Shown here in pieces: positions 1 through 17,056 of a stretch of 64,000 nucleotides of DNA. The stretch comes from Eledone cirrhosa. Its lineage: Eukaryota. How positions within the stretch are numbered: the stretch's first letter is position 1; every line of letters starts with the position of its first letter. The stretch lies in assembly GCA_964016885.1 (NCBI GenBank), contig OZ024745.1, forward strand, positions 18,104,001-18,168,000, read 5' to 3'. The notes below the pieces were generated by a model. That model did no database searches. It saw only the letters and a program-made list of their open reading frames with translations, and was not told the DNA's origin. The position numbers were made by a program, and so were the translations under genes.

Positions 1-562
1 CATTTCGTTTGAACTTTAACTGCTTTATATGGTTGATATTTGAATTATGGAGAACGTAAAGCAGAATGCTTTTCGACATTTCTTTAGTCTCTACGCTCTG
101 GCTTCTAAAGAACAGAGGTCAAATTTTAGTTTAATGATTCGTGGTCGTTAATATAAAATAGTATTTCAGATCAATTTTCCATCGGAATAAGAAAATTCGA
201 CCCAATAGATCCTGATACGTGTTAGGGATATTTGCGTTCAAACGTATTCGCAGTATATTTGGATAGTAGATTTAATCTGGCAACTCATTGAGCTCCACAC
301 TGCTACCCTCAGGTACCTTAAGCGTGATCTTCGATTCTTGGAGTCGCTGAAAATGGACGTGGTCACTGTTTTCCTGTTCTTGATCAATGAATGATAGATA
401 TTTATATGTGCATATGTGTATAGGGGTGGTTATGTGTGTGTGTGAATATAAATATATGCGTTCAATTTACCACGTATATATGTGGCCAAAACATACTAGA
501 AGTGAAACAAAATGACATTTATTAAATGTAATAAAATCAATCATATTTAATATATATATTAA

Positions 563-1062
563 AAATGTAATCTGAGTTTTTCGAATATTAATAATAATAA
601 TGGATTCGTTTGCAATTATGCAAACAAGCCTCATTTTTAAAGTCATGTCAGCAGAATGAGATCCTCATTCTTGCTCTTGTATTGGCATGTAAACAAAACT
701 ACAGTCACTAATGTTTCTAGGTATTACCCTTCATCAGTACAGTCCACTGTTCAGAGCAAGAATGAGGGGCTCATTCTACTGACAAGGCTTTAAAGTTTGT
801 TTGCATAATTGCAAACAAATCGAATGTTATTATTAATATTCGAGGGCGGTGGATTGGCAGTATCGGTAGAGGGTCGGACGCCGTGCTTTGACGCATAGAG
901 TTACGTCCCTTGCCATTCTGAGTTCAAATCCCGCCGAGGTTAACTTTGCCTTTCATCCTCACAGGGTCGATGAAATAAGGTACCAGTAATGCACTGGGTA
1001 ATTGCTGCCCTTGTGCCTAAAGTAGAAACAATTATTAATATTCGAAAAACTCAGATTCCATT
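563..1062. mobile_element. Fold-back element (inverted arms ~563-677 and ~753-1062), right arm interrupted by a SINE
   Basis: aatctgagtttttcgaatattaataat...atgcaaacaa...cctcattcttgctct is mirrored by agagcaagaatgagg...ttgtttgcat...attattaatattcga[SINE]aaaactcagatt. Confidence 0.7.
844..1030 (+). mobile_element. tRNA-derived SINE, full length, with 15-bp target-site duplication
   Basis: A-box-like tggcagtatcggt and B box gagttcaaatccc. TSD attattaatattcga at 829-843 and 1031-1045. Several homologous copies occur in the window. Confidence 0.85.
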
Positions 1063-1199
1063 TATTGTATTCAGTGATGTAGAGCGACAAAATGTTTCTT
1101 ATATTTAAAAACAGTTATACGATATATTTGAACCGAATATGTATGTATATACTACAGACAAACTCATACATACATGCCTACCCATAGATGCATATATTT

Positions 1200-1936
1200 A
1201 TACAAACTCTGGCTTGCATGTGATAAGTTTGATGCTAAGTGCTGGATGATTGGAATGGAAATCAGGGCACTCTACATGAAGCAGGTGGAGAAGTTTAAGT
1301 ATTTCGGGGCCGTTTTCACGAGCGATCGAAAGCACGAAACTAAATTAATTGCAAGAATTGCATGAGCTGATACAGTAATGTGCCAGCTTCAGCATGCTGT
1401 AATGACAATAAAGGAAGTAAATGTAAAAGCCAAGCTCGCTAACTTCAATTCGGTATTCGTGCAAACAGTTACTATCGGCCGAAATTGACTTACTCGGGTC
1501 TTCCGAGTAAACATTACTCGATAGACTGCTTAGCCCGGATATCAGAGAGTTGCTCCAGGTAGAGCCGTGACTTCTCCGAATCGAAATATCACAAAGACCA
1601 TGTTGTTAGAATGTCTCAGGAAAGTATCGCTGAACTGAGTTTACGGGAAAAACCAATACGCAGAAGACCGATGGGTAGATCCGGAGCTAGATGCTTGTAT
1701 ACAATCCATGAGCTGGGCTGATCTCACTTGGGGATCCAACCGAATTTATTAGGGACATTTGCTCCTGACAGGAACAGCTAGAAGGAATGTTTGCGGACTT
1801 TACCCCCATGACCCTCTAAGGAATAAGGAGGAGAAGAAGAAGAAGAAGAAGAAGAAGAAGAAGAAGAAGAAGAAGAAGAAGAAGAAGAAGAAGAAGAAGA
1901 AGAAGAAGAAGAAGAAGAAGAAGAAGAAGAAGAAGA
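1200..1936 (+). pseudogene. Degenerate 3' end of an RTE-clade LINE with an (AAG)n tail
   Basis: QVEKFKYFGAVFTSDRKHETKLIARIA resembles the RTE RT C-terminal 'FKYLG...I..RI' block. RRPMGRSGAR (~1660) resembles RxxGRPxxRW. Many stops. (AAG)n at ~1824-1936. Confidence 0.65.
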
Positions 1937-2077
1937 ATATACACGTATACACGTATCTACATATATCCCTATATATACATGCATGCATCCTTATACATAC
2001 ATATATACATTTATACACATATGCATGCATAGTCTTTTACATCAATATACAAGCATAATGCATACGTTGATACATAT

Positions 2078-2830
2078 TATATATTGAGTTATAAACTCGA
2101 AATAGTTTACAATTAAATAGCTCAAAGAAGGGAATATTTCCGAGCCGTGTAATACAAATGAATATATGAGAGGGATGAACACTGATACAAGTATACATGT
2201 GTTCGTATTGCAAATGACCAAGTTAGCTAGGTTGAAAAATACTAATTTCAAATAATATGGTTTACATGTCTCGATTTAAAATAATGAATCAATAAAAATC
2301 ACAAACCTATATTGTTTCGCAACAATTATTAATTGAAAGTCACTATTTCTGTGCTCTTCTGCGGGTATCCAGAAATTGCTACCTTTCACTTCAAAATGCT
2401 TAAGAAGGCTGAGAGATATGTGTTGTTGAACGCACATGTGTCACAACGCCTAACCCGTCCCATACTCGTACCGCTAAAAATAGCAGCCGGTTTTATGAGA
2501 CTAAAATTAGCTCTCCATATGGAGCCGAGAATATTATATATTGAGTTATAAACTCGAAATAGTCTTTTACAATTAAATAGCTCAAAGAAGAGCACAAAAA
2601 GAGTGACTTTCACTTAATAATTGTTGCGAAACAAATTTAGAATTTGTCCGGGTATCACGGCCATTGCCAATATAGGTTTGTTATTTTTATTGAGTTATTA
2701 TTTTAAATCTAGACAGGTAAACCATATTTTAAATTAGTATTTTTCAACCTAGGTAACTTGGTCATTTGCAATTCGAACACATGTATACTTGTCTTACTGT
2801 TCATCCCTCGCAAATATTCATTTGTGTTAC
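2078..2830. mobile_element. Non-coding element with direct and inverted repeats carrying two complementary partial hammerheads
   Basis: Direct repeat 2078-2130 / 2534-2590. Inverted arms ~2150-2360 / 2586-2830. HHR halves at 2314-2369 (-) and 2586-2656 (+). Confidence 0.7.
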
Positions 2831-3304
2831 GTTTATAGATATATGTATGACATATAATGTACACATATGTATGCATACATATATATACACATACATATAT
2901 TAATTCATTTTTACGCACATACGTGCATACATTTATACATCCAAATACATATATAAATTTATAGATACAGATACATGTCAAATTTGCTGACCGAACACAG
3001 GTGCTTTTTCTCCCGAAATATTGCCAGTTTCTTTCTTTTCCCCCTCTTTTTCTCCTCATCCAATCTGATGAAGGACTAGAATCCAAAACGTAAAGACTCG
3101 TTTCCTGCTGCTAAAGTATTAAATAAATATATTTCTTCATTGTGGCATTCATTAGTTTTATCTATTTACTTTTCGCATACGCTTTACACATGCTTAAAGG
3201 GGCACACATTTATAACTTACGTACATGCATACAATAAAATAGATGCATGCATTTATATACATACTTTTACCTGTATATATTTATATACATATATATATAT
3301 ATAG

Positions 3305-3396
<92 letters not shown>

Positions 3397-3583
3397 TTAT
3401 GTATATATATATAGAGAAACTGGTAAATGTGTGGCCGCCTTCTTGTCTCTGCCTTTTCAGCCCCATGGATTATATTCGTTTGTTAAATTTCGATGTCACC
3501 TTATTTATACTGAAGCCAGTCATTGAAATGTTCATAGTATAATAAACCTTTAAGGAATTACACCAGTCCAGCATTCTGTTATT

Positions 3584-3586
<3 letters not shown>

Positions 3587-3668
<82 letters not shown>

Positions 3669-3689
3669 GCACATATATATGCACATATA

Positions 3690-3737
<48 letters not shown>

Positions 3738-3741
3738 TATG

Positions 3742-3818
<77 letters not shown>

Positions 3819-3823
3819 GTATC

Positions 3824-3880
<57 letters not shown>

Positions 3881-3950
3881 GTATATGTATATGTATATAT
3901 ATATATATATGTATGTATATATATATATATATTTATTTATATATATATAT
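3587..3950. repeat. (TA)n-rich compound microsatellite (representative of dozens in the window)
   Basis: Direct reading. These tracts generate the spurious YIYI ORFs. Confidence 0.97.
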
Positions 3951-4224
3951 GTAAGCCGCATACGCTGATAATGCATTGTTGCATAATATATGCAGACAGT
4001 CCGGGAACTACTATAGGCACCCGTTTACGTGTGTTGTATTGAAACGAATAGCTATGTGTATACTCTGGGAATGTATTCTACATTACCTATTGAGTACGCT
4101 TAAATACAACCGGTCCTGGCATTGTTAAATATGTTGGGTCCGTCAACTTCTTATTATGTATATATATATGTATGAGTGTATATACATATATCCGTATGTA
4201 TGTATATATATATATATATATATA

Positions 4225-5273
<1,049 letters not shown>

Positions 5274-5382
5274 TGCAAATTCAGATGAGGGAATGGAGTT
5301 CGTAAATTATTTATTACCATCTAATTATTTCAATACAGCTGTCATACTAATACTCGGACGATAAAATAAAATAAATTTTAAA

Positions 5383-5414
<32 letters not shown>

Positions 5415-5603
5415 ATATTTATATATATATTGAACATAACTAATTATCAGTGATTGCAGAATCTTTTCCGAGGCATTAATTACAACCAATGACCAAAGGG
5501 GAAAGGAAATGTGTTCATTGATTTCAGACTACACTTTTAATGAAACTTTTTCTTTGTATGTGTAGTTCTTATGACCTATTACATATATCTCAATATTTCA
5601 TGT

Positions 5604-5682
<79 letters not shown>

Positions 5683-5683
5683 G

Positions 5684-5739
<56 letters not shown>

Positions 5740-5952
5740 TATATACTCATACATATATATTATACAAACATATATGCATACAGATGTAAATACATACACA
5801 CACACACATATATATATATGCATAAATATAAACATATGTGTACATATATATGTATATACATAGATACATATATATATGCATACATATATATACATGCATA
5901 CATATATACATATATATGTATACATATATATATACATATATATATATACATG

Positions 5953-5984
<32 letters not shown>

Positions 5985-6639
5985 AATAAATTCATACATT
6001 TATACCTATGTATATACATATGTCAATACATATGTCATGCACCCATACGTACGCCTATATAAAGATATATATCACCAGAGTGACAATTATATCGATTGTA
6101 TATATCACTCTTAAACGAAAGTGCTGCCATACGCATCAATTCTAATCAAACCATTATTTACAATAAAAATTATTTAAAATATTTTCCATTATTTGAAATT
6201 CTTTTCTCCGTGCAAGAAGTAAATATTCGTCACCTTGAATTTCCTTAATCTGTTCTGTCTAGTCTGATCTGGTTTATTTTCTGTAGATTTATATCTATGT
6301 ATGTTTTCTTTTCAAATCTTTGCTACCTTTAAAGACGTTAAATTTAAATTGATTCTGACTGAAAGAATGATTATTGAGAGTAAATAAATAGCAAGTGATA
6401 ACATACCAAATTTCTATTTCGACTCGTCTGTTTATACCTCTAAAGATATTTGGCCGATAGATGATTCATCATAATTAACTTTCATAATATTTTCTTGAAT
6501 ACACGAAGTCTAACTATACACGGTCGGTTGTTTCGCTAAAGATAGCCCAAAAGCGGTTATTTTATGTTATATCATGTATTAGTAAACAACCTATTATCAA
6601 TGTAAAAAGACCACCAACACCTCCCCGACAACAAGCATC

Positions 6640-9600
6640 ATCACTAAGACCACCATGAACAACACCACCAGCAAAACCACAACAAGTATCACCACTAAGA
6701 CCACCATGAACAACACCACCAGCAACACCACAACAAGTATCACCACTAAGACCACCATGAACAACACCACCAGCAACACCACAACAAGTATCACCACTAA
6801 GACCACCATGAACACCACCACCAGTAACACCACAACAAGTATCACCACTAAGACCACCATGAACAACACCACCAGCAACACCACAACAAGTATCACCACT
6901 AAGACCACCATGAACAATACCACCAGCAACACCACAACAAGTATCACCACTAAGACCACCATGAACACCACCACCAGCAACACCACAACAAGTATCACCA
7001 CTAAGACCACCATGAACAACACCACCAGCAACACCACAACAAGTATCACCACTAAGACCACCATGAACAACACCACCAGCAGCACCACAACAAGTATCAC
7101 CACTAAGACCACCATGAACAACACCACCAGCAACACCACAACAAGTATCACCACTAAGACCACCATGAACACCACCACCAGTAACACCACAACAAGTATC
7201 ACCACTAAGACCACCATGAACAACACCACCAGCAACACCACAACAAGTATCACCACTAAGACCACCATGAACAACAACACCAGCAGCAACACAACAAGTA
7301 TCACCACTAAGACCACCATGAACAACACCACCAGCAACACCACAACAAGTATCACCACTAAGACCACCATGAACAACACCACCAGCAACACCACAACAAG
7401 TGTCACCACTAAGACCACCATGAACAACACCACCAGCAGCACCACAACAAGTATCACCACTAAGACCACCATGAACAACACCACCAGCAGCAACACAACA
7501 AGTATCACCACTAAGACCACCATGAACAACACCACCAGCAACACCACAACAAGTATCACCACTAAGACCACCATGAACACCACCACCAGCAACACCACAA
7601 CAAGTATCACCACTAAGACCACCATGAACACCACCACCAGCAACACCACAACAAGTATCACCACTAAGACCACCATGAACAACACCACCAGCAACACCAC
7701 AACAAGTATCACCACTAAGACCACCATGAACAACACCACCAGCAACACCACAACAAGTATCACCACTAAGACCACCATGAACAACACCACCAGCAACACC
7801 ACAACAAGTATCACCACTAAGACCACCATGAACAACACCACCAGCAACACCACAACAAGTATCACCACTAAGACCACCATGAACAACACCACCAGCAGCA
7901 ACACAACAAGTATCACCACTAAGACCACCATGAACAACACCACCAGCAGCACCACAACAAGTATCACCACTAAGACCACCATGAACAACACCACCAGCAA
8001 CACCACAACACGTATCACCACTAAGACCACCATGAACAACACCACCAGCAGCACCACAACAAGTATCACCACTAAGACCACCATGAACAACACCACCAGC
8101 AACACCACAACAAGTATCACCACTAAGACCACCATGAACAACACCACCAGCAACACCACAACAAGTATCACCACTAAGACCACCATGAACAATACCACCA
8201 GCAACACCACAACAAGTATCACCACTAAGACCACCATGAACAACACCACCAGCTACACCACAACAAGCATCACCACTAAGACCACCATGAACACCACCAC
8301 CAGCAACACCACAACAAGTATCACCACTAAGACCACCATGAACAACACCACCAGCAACACCACAACAAGCATCACCACTAAGACCACCATGAACACCACC
8401 ACCAGCAACACCACAACAAGTATCACCACTAAGACCACCATGAACAACACCACCAGCAACACCACAACAAGTATCACCACTAAGACCACCATGAACAACA
8501 CCACCAGCAACACCACAACAAGTATCACCACTAAGACCACCATGAACAACACCACCAGCAACACCACAACAAGTATCACCACTAAGACCACCATGAACAA
8601 CAACACCAGCAGCAACACAACAAGTATCACCACTAAGACCACCATGAACAACACCACCAGCAGCACCACAACAAGTATCACCACTAAGACCCCCATGAAC
8701 AACACCACCAGCAACACCACAACAAGTATCACCACTAAGACCACCATGAACAACACCAGCAGCAGCACCACAACAAGTATCACCACTAAGACCCCCATGA
8801 ACAACACCACCAGCAACACCACAACAAGTATCACCACTAAGACCACCATGAACAACACCACCAGCAACACCACAACAAGTATCACCACTAAGACCACCAT
8901 GAACAACACCACCAGCAACACCACAACAAGTATCACCACGAAGACCACCATGAACAACACCACCAGCAACACCACAACAAGTATCACCACTAAGACCACC
9001 ATGAACAACACCACCAGCAACACCACAACAAGTATCACCACTAAGACCACCATGAACACCACCACCAGTATCACCACTAAGACCACCATGAACAATACCA
9101 CCAGCAGCACCACAACAAGTATCACCACTAAGACCACCATGAACAACACCACCAGCAACACCACAACAAGTGTCACCACTAAGACCACCATGAACAACAC
9201 CACCAGCTACACCACAACAAGCATCACCACTAAGACCACCATGAACACCACGACCAGCAACACCACAACAAGTATCACCACTAAGACCACCATGAACAAC
9301 ACCACCAGCTACACCACAACAAGTATCACCACTAAGACCACCATGAACAACACCAGCAGCAACACCACAACAAGTATCACCACTAAGACCACCATGAACA
9401 ACACCACCAGCAACACCACAACAAGTATCACAACTAAGACCACCATGAAGAACACCACCAGCAACACCACAACAAGTATCACCACTAAGACCACCATGAA
9501 CAACACCACCAGCAACACCACAACAAGTATCACCACTAAGACCACCATGAACAACACCACCAGCAACACCACAACAAGTATCACCACTAAGACCACCATG

Positions 9601-11465
9601 AACACCACCACCAGCAACACCACAACAAGTATCACCACTAAGACCACCATGAACACCACCACCAGCAACACCACAACAAGTATCACCACTAAGACCACCA
9701 TGAACACCACCACCAGCTACACCACAACAAGTATCACCACTAAGACCACCATGAACACCACCACCAGCTACACCACAACAAGTATCACCACTAAGACCAC
9801 CATGAACACCACCACCAGCAACACCACAACAAGTATCACCACTAAGACCACCATGAACACCACCACCAGCTACACCACAACAAGTATCACCACTAAGACC
9901 ACCATGAACAACACCACCAGCAACACCACAACAAGTATCACCACTAAGACCACCATGAACAACACCACCAGCAACACCACAACAAGTATCACCACTAAGA
10001 CCACCATGAACACCACCACCAGCTACACCACAACAAGTATCACCACTAAGACCACCATGAACAACACCACCAGCAACACCACAACAAGTATCACCACTAA
10101 GACCACCATGAACAATACCACCAGCAACACCACAACAAATATCACCACTAAGACCACCATGAACAACACCACCAGCAACACCACAACAAGTATCACCACT
10201 AAGACCACCATGAACAATACCACCAGCAACACCACAACAAGTATCACCACTAAGACCACCATGAACAACACCACCAGCAACACCACAACAATTATCACCA
10301 CTAAGACCACCATGAACAACACCACCAGCAACACCACAACAAGTATCACCACTAAGACCACCATGAACAATACCACCAGCAACACCACAACAAATATCAC
10401 CACTAAGACCACCATGAACAACGCCATCAGCAACACCACAACAAGTATCACCACTAAGACCACCATGAACAACACCACCATCTACACCACAACAAGTATC
10501 ACCACTAAGACCACCATGAACAACACCACCAGCAACACCACAACAAGTATCACCACTAAGACCACCATGAACAACACCACCAGCAACACCACAACAAGTA
10601 TCACCACTAAGACCACCATGAACAACACCACTAGCAACACCACAACAAGTATCACCACTAAGACCACCATGAACAACACCACCACCAACACCACAACAAG
10701 TATCACCACTAAGACCACCATGAACAACACCACCAGCAACACCACAACAAGTATCACCACTAAGACCACCATGAACAACACCACCAGCTACACCACAACA
10801 AGTATCACCACTAAGACCACCATGAACAATACCACCAGCAGCACCACAACAAGTATCACCACTAAGACCACCATGAACAACACCACCAGCAACACCACAA
10901 CAAGTATCACCACTAAGACCACCATGAACAATACCACCAGCAGCACCACAACAAGTATCACCACTAAGACCACCATGAACAACACCACCAGCTACACCAC
11001 AACAAGTATCACCACTAAGACCACCATGAACAATACCACCAGCAGCACCACAACAAGTATCACCACTAAGACCACCATGAACAACACCACCAGCAACACA
11101 ACAACAAGTATGACCACTAAGACCACCATGAACAACACCACCAGAAACACCACAACAAATATCATCACTAAGACCCACCATGAACAACACCACCAGCTAC
11201 ACCACAACAAGTATCACCACTAAGACCACCATGAACAATACCACCAGCAGCACCACAACAAGTATCACCACTAAGACCACCATGAACAACACCACCAGCT
11301 ACACCACAACAAGTATCACCACTAAGACCACCATGAACAATACCACCAGCAGCACCACAACAAGTATCACCACTAAGACCACCATGAACAACACCACCAG
11401 AAACACCACAACAAGTATCACCACTAAGACCACCATGAACAACACCACCAGAAACACCACAACAA
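6640..11465. repeat. 51-bp minisatellite, roughly 94 units, with long stop-free frames on both strands
   Basis: Unit atgaacaacaccaccagcaacaccacaacaagtatcaccactaagaccacc. The + frame reads MNNTTSNTTTSITTKTT and the - frame GGVVHGGLSGDTCCGVA. A 1-bp insertion lies near 11174. The array grades into (ACC/AAC)-rich low-complexity DNA up to ~12110. Confidence 0.95.
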
Positions 11466-13278
11466 CGTCACAAATATCATTACTACCAACAACACAACCC
11501 ACATCAACATCACTAACACCAATATCAATATCAAAACCACAACCAACAGCATCAATAAAACAACCAACATCACCACCACAAACAACAAAGACACCAACAA
11601 CAACAATATCAAAGCTATCAGTATCAAAACCACTATCAAGACCATAAATAAAAAAAACAATACCTACATCACCACCAAAAACAACAACATCAAAACTATG
11701 AATATCAAAAGCCCTAACAGCACCAATACCTATATCACCAACAACAACAACAAGACCAACACCAAGAACAACACTAAGAACAACACCAACAGCAACACCC
11801 CTAAAAATATCAACAACCCCACCAATACACTTAATAAAACAAACAACACCAACACCTATATCACCACCAACAACAACACGACCAACAAGAACAGCACCAA
11901 CATCACCACTGAAAACAACGACAACACCATTAACAAAACCAACAATAACTCAACGAACAACATCAACAACACAACCAGAACCAACCAAACCAGCACGAAT
12001 ACAACGAAACCAATATCAACAACACCACCAACATCAACATCACCAATATAACGACACCATTAAAATAACATTGCCATCACCACCACTAACATAACAACAC
12101 CAATACCAATCACTCTGTAGTAATAGATGCAAGTGGAGTGTGTGTGTGTGTGTGTGTGTGTGTCCCTACACACAAACCGCACACGTGGCTATTTGAATAA
12201 AGTAATTCAATATCATTCATATTCAACTGATGAAATAATAATTTACATATGCCTGTCCGTCTTTAATCTTTCTTATAATATTACTTTTTTGCGATTTTTT
12301 TCTAGTGTACGAGTGGTCCGAAAAGATCAGATATGCACTATTAATTAGAAACAAGCCAGTAAAAGAGTTTGAGAGCAATTCTCATATAATTGTATTTGGG
12401 AACAATGAAAGTGAAATTTGCACATATTTCATTTTGTAGAAAGCAAATCATATTAACCTAACTGATCCATAATTTCCCCCTAGAAGCCTTTAATAGATTC
12501 CTGTAACATCAAATCTAATTTGCAGTTCGGAGCAGCATGTCAAAGGCATGATAACAGGGTTTATTGCATTTCATAGGAGAAAAATGGCTCTTTGATGTGA
12601 TCATTATGTTGGGACATTTGTCAGAATATATGCACAAATTAGAGACAGTTCTAGAAATATCAGATAGACTCTGTTGGATGTGAAGACCTAATTAATGATA
12701 TTTACTGCAAATAATTCAATTAAAGTGAAAGCCTTTACAACAGGAACTCTTCAGCAGAATACAGGTTTCTTTCGGTATTTAGCATGAAATTTCCTAATCA
12801 TGCACTCTTTAAAATTACGAATCGTAATATGAAACTTAGATAATTCATCGATTTATCGATCTCTCAGTCAGGGTTTCATAACGTTGTGCATGGAAACCTA
12901 GATATTATATATGTTACGTTATTTTAAAGTCGTATTTGTCGGAAAACTTGAAAAAAAAGGTGAAAGTATCACCATAATGACTTCTATTACAGTACGCTGG
13001 TAGACATAACACACAGTAGAGTTTATCACCACCACCTTACTTTAGTATGCCGTTAACAATTCTATTCTGTTACAAGCATTCATTCCTTAACACCATTGTC
13101 CAAATTACTGTATAATACTACTCTGGTCGTGGTAGTGAGCAGAGTCTTAGATTAACAGATAGTTATGATATAATAAAAAGTGGAAAATGTCAGGAAGCTA
13201 AACTTGTGAAGTTGAAAATAAGGTGTTGAATTCCATACTTAGACAACAACCAATGTGCCTTTGCACATATACGCTCAC

Positions 13279-13364
13279 ATATCGGAGGAGATGTCGAAAC
13301 AGAGTCGGAGCCCCGTCACCTTCATTGAAATCAGAGCTGATCGATATCGAAACAATTGTAATAT
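13279..13364 (+). ncRNA. Hammerhead-like motif with variant core CGGAGGA
   Basis: atat CGGAGGA gatgtc...gatatc GAAAC aatt GTA atat. Its 3' half matches the 46523-46610 motif. Confidence 0.5.
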
Positions 13365-13420
13365 TCAAATGAAGTTTGTACATATGCTATAACACTGATT
13401 TCGACACATTTGAATTTCTC

Positions 13421-14522
<1,102 letters not shown>

Positions 14523-14756
14523 AAAACAAATAACGAAACGAAATTAAATTTCGTTTCGCTTCTATCTCACTTTTGTATGACTGACGCTTAAACAATTAAG
14601 TTAAAACTCGGTTCGTCTGTTTGGTTACATACAGACTAGCTGGACACTCACTGTAAAGTGTCTAGTGAAAAACTCAGTACATGTACATATGTATACATGT
14701 GTGTATTTATATGCATACTAGTACTTCCGTATACATATGTAGATGTACACTTTAAC

Positions 14757-14802
<46 letters not shown>

Positions 14803-14989
14803 CAAATAGTTTGATCGCTCTACATGGCTGAAATTACATTTCTTGTATTCAACCATGTAGAGCGATATATTAATATCCGTACCATCACTCACCCAACATG
14901 TTAGCCACATTTATCCACCAGCCATAGTCAACATAGTTCTTCCCATCACTGATATCGTTTTTAATATTTTATTTTATAAAATGCTATTG

Positions 14990-15115
14990 CATTATTTCCT
15001 CTGGCTCTTTATATTCTGAGTTCAAATCCTGCTGTTCAAAGTACCAGTCAAGTACTGGGTTGATACAACTCTTCCCTTCCCCAAAATTTGCTAGCGTTGT
15101 TCCTAAACCAGAAAT
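14990..15115 (+). mobile_element. Degenerate, internally deleted SINE fragment
   Basis: attctgagttcaaatcc, aagtaccagt...actggg and ttgttcctaaaccagaaa match the SINE at 844-1030. Confidence 0.55.
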
Positions 15116-15816
15116 TAATATTTTGTTAAGATTTATGTTCAATTTCATTCAGTTGTTTTGATGAAGATTTTCAAAGTAGGTGAATCAATTCTTTGAATTA
15201 TTTTCTTCAAGATATTGTGCGCCTAAGTAGACGGAGATTTACGTTTATAATGAACGCAATATTTCTGTCTACTCATCCACAATTTTATATATTAAGCAAA
15301 ATAACTTTATTAAATTATGTAATTTGCAGAAAAAGATATGAGAATAGCATTTTAATATGGAGCAATATTCTTAAGAATATATTTACACTTGTTTCATTTA
15401 TATAGAGTAGATAATTTGTGACACTAGATATTAAATACTTATATAAACAGAGGATAGTTGTTTGACATGTTATATAGAAAGGCAAAGTAATTGGATAAAT
15501 ATGGATTATGTTATACAGATTTCAGTAAGACGAATTTGTAAACATAACTATATACTGAAGCCAGATTTCTAAACAAAAAGATAATACGATATCATATTCT
15601 GGTCTGAAGTATATGTATATCGATTTTTAAAGGAGTTATGTTTCATGCATAACTAGTTTACTGATGGCAAAAGCAGACTCATTTTTGCTTTATAGTTCGT
15701 TGATTTACAAGGTCAAGTGTAGCAGAACGGAGAAATCAAATAGTAATAGACTCTCTTTCCTAAATAATAATTATCAACTGGCATTGGTCTTTGCTTAGTT
15801 CATCCTTTACTTAACG

Positions 15817-15902
<86 letters not shown>

Positions 15903-16544
15903 ATGTATATATATATATATTCTCACAGCGCTTAAAAGCCGAAAGTCGGCTTCATACATTGGTTATAATATATATATTATATTTACTGAAATCTATAGCC
16001 AGTATAGCCATGAATAATAAAACCCCCATTATGCTAACTTCTTAGCTATGGAACTACTGACTAGATCAGACCCAATGGTTTCAATATTAAATGTTGAAAG
16101 TCATTAACTACGAAAACATGTATATTTGTTAATAGGCTGCCATACTTAAATTATTTGTTATTAATTAATGAATACCTCAGAATACCATGACTTTTCAGTA
16201 TCATTTGGGAAACTAGGAGAATAACAGGTAACATTCAACTCGAAAAATAATCCCGAAACCATTTATATGTTAAAGAGTACTAATGAAAGGCTTTCAGTTA
16301 ATAGTTTCATCAGCGCCTTAAGAGGAAATATCATGAGCAAACTATTGGCTTACAAATGGTATTGACTTTATACTTAATCTTGCTTTCAGAGGATAATGTG
16401 TTAATGCAATGATACGTGCGTTGATGTAATCCGTGTTGAAAGCTTTACTGTATAAGCCAAATAAATATTAATGTGTCGAGTGCTTCCATGAAGCACTACA
16501 CACCAAACATTCAGCAAATATGTGTATGTTTATTATATATATAT

Positions 16545-17056
16545 AAATATAAGTATGTATACGTACATACATATATGTATACAGACGTACAGTAGTATGT
16601 ATATATACATACAGGCACACATATATATATGTACGTTTCATTTTTTCCGTTTATCGTTTTCCGTACCCCGGCCGATTAACTCACTCGATATGCAAATTAG
16701 GCTGCTCACCGTTAATATGCATAAGGAAAGTATATACTTTCAGACGTTCAATCATCTGGCAGGAACGTATACGTTGCTGACGATAGATAATAAGCTTGAA
16801 ACTAGTACAGCGTTCCTTTGTCAGTGTTGAACAAATGAGCAACGATGGACACTGTACGGCTTAATTCGTAATGTTTGTTTACAAACACACCGAGCATTAT
16901 AGTAAATGTTCGGTGAATCCATACGTACATATATATATGTGTGCATGTATGTATATATATATACATACTACTATATGTATGTACGTATACATACTTATAT
17001 TTAAGTAACAGCCGTACTAAGAGTGAGAAATGAAATTTCGTTTCATTTTTTCCGTG
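16545..17056 (+). mobile_element. Dispersed copy of the ~475-bp HHR family with an inverted 5' piece
   Basis: HHR at 16771-16813 (+): acgttg CTGACGA tagataataagctt GAAAC ta GTA cagcgt (one helix II mismatch). 16545-16635 is inverted relative to ~16920-17000. Confidence 0.8.

Noticed and set aside
690-745. Hammerhead-like CTGATGA...GAAAC on the minus strand
   Set aside because: Core and helix II are present, but no helix I partner follows a valid NUH; at best degenerate.
844-1030. tRNA gene
   Set aside because: A and B boxes are present but there is no cloverleaf; multi-copy with TSDs, so it is a SINE.
1759-2058. Poly-Lys/Ser/Phe ORFs
   Set aside because: (AAG)n tail of a LINE remnant.
3061-3100. 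CTGATGA-agga..tcc-AAAAC GTA
   Set aside because: GAAA box mutated and helix I not convincing; likely a decayed HHR, not called.
12400-12850. Possible host exon or conserved enhancer in unique-looking sequence (also 20900-21450 and 44200-45800)
   Set aside because: No sustained ORF, recognisable motif or clear splice pair; cannot be supported without alignment.
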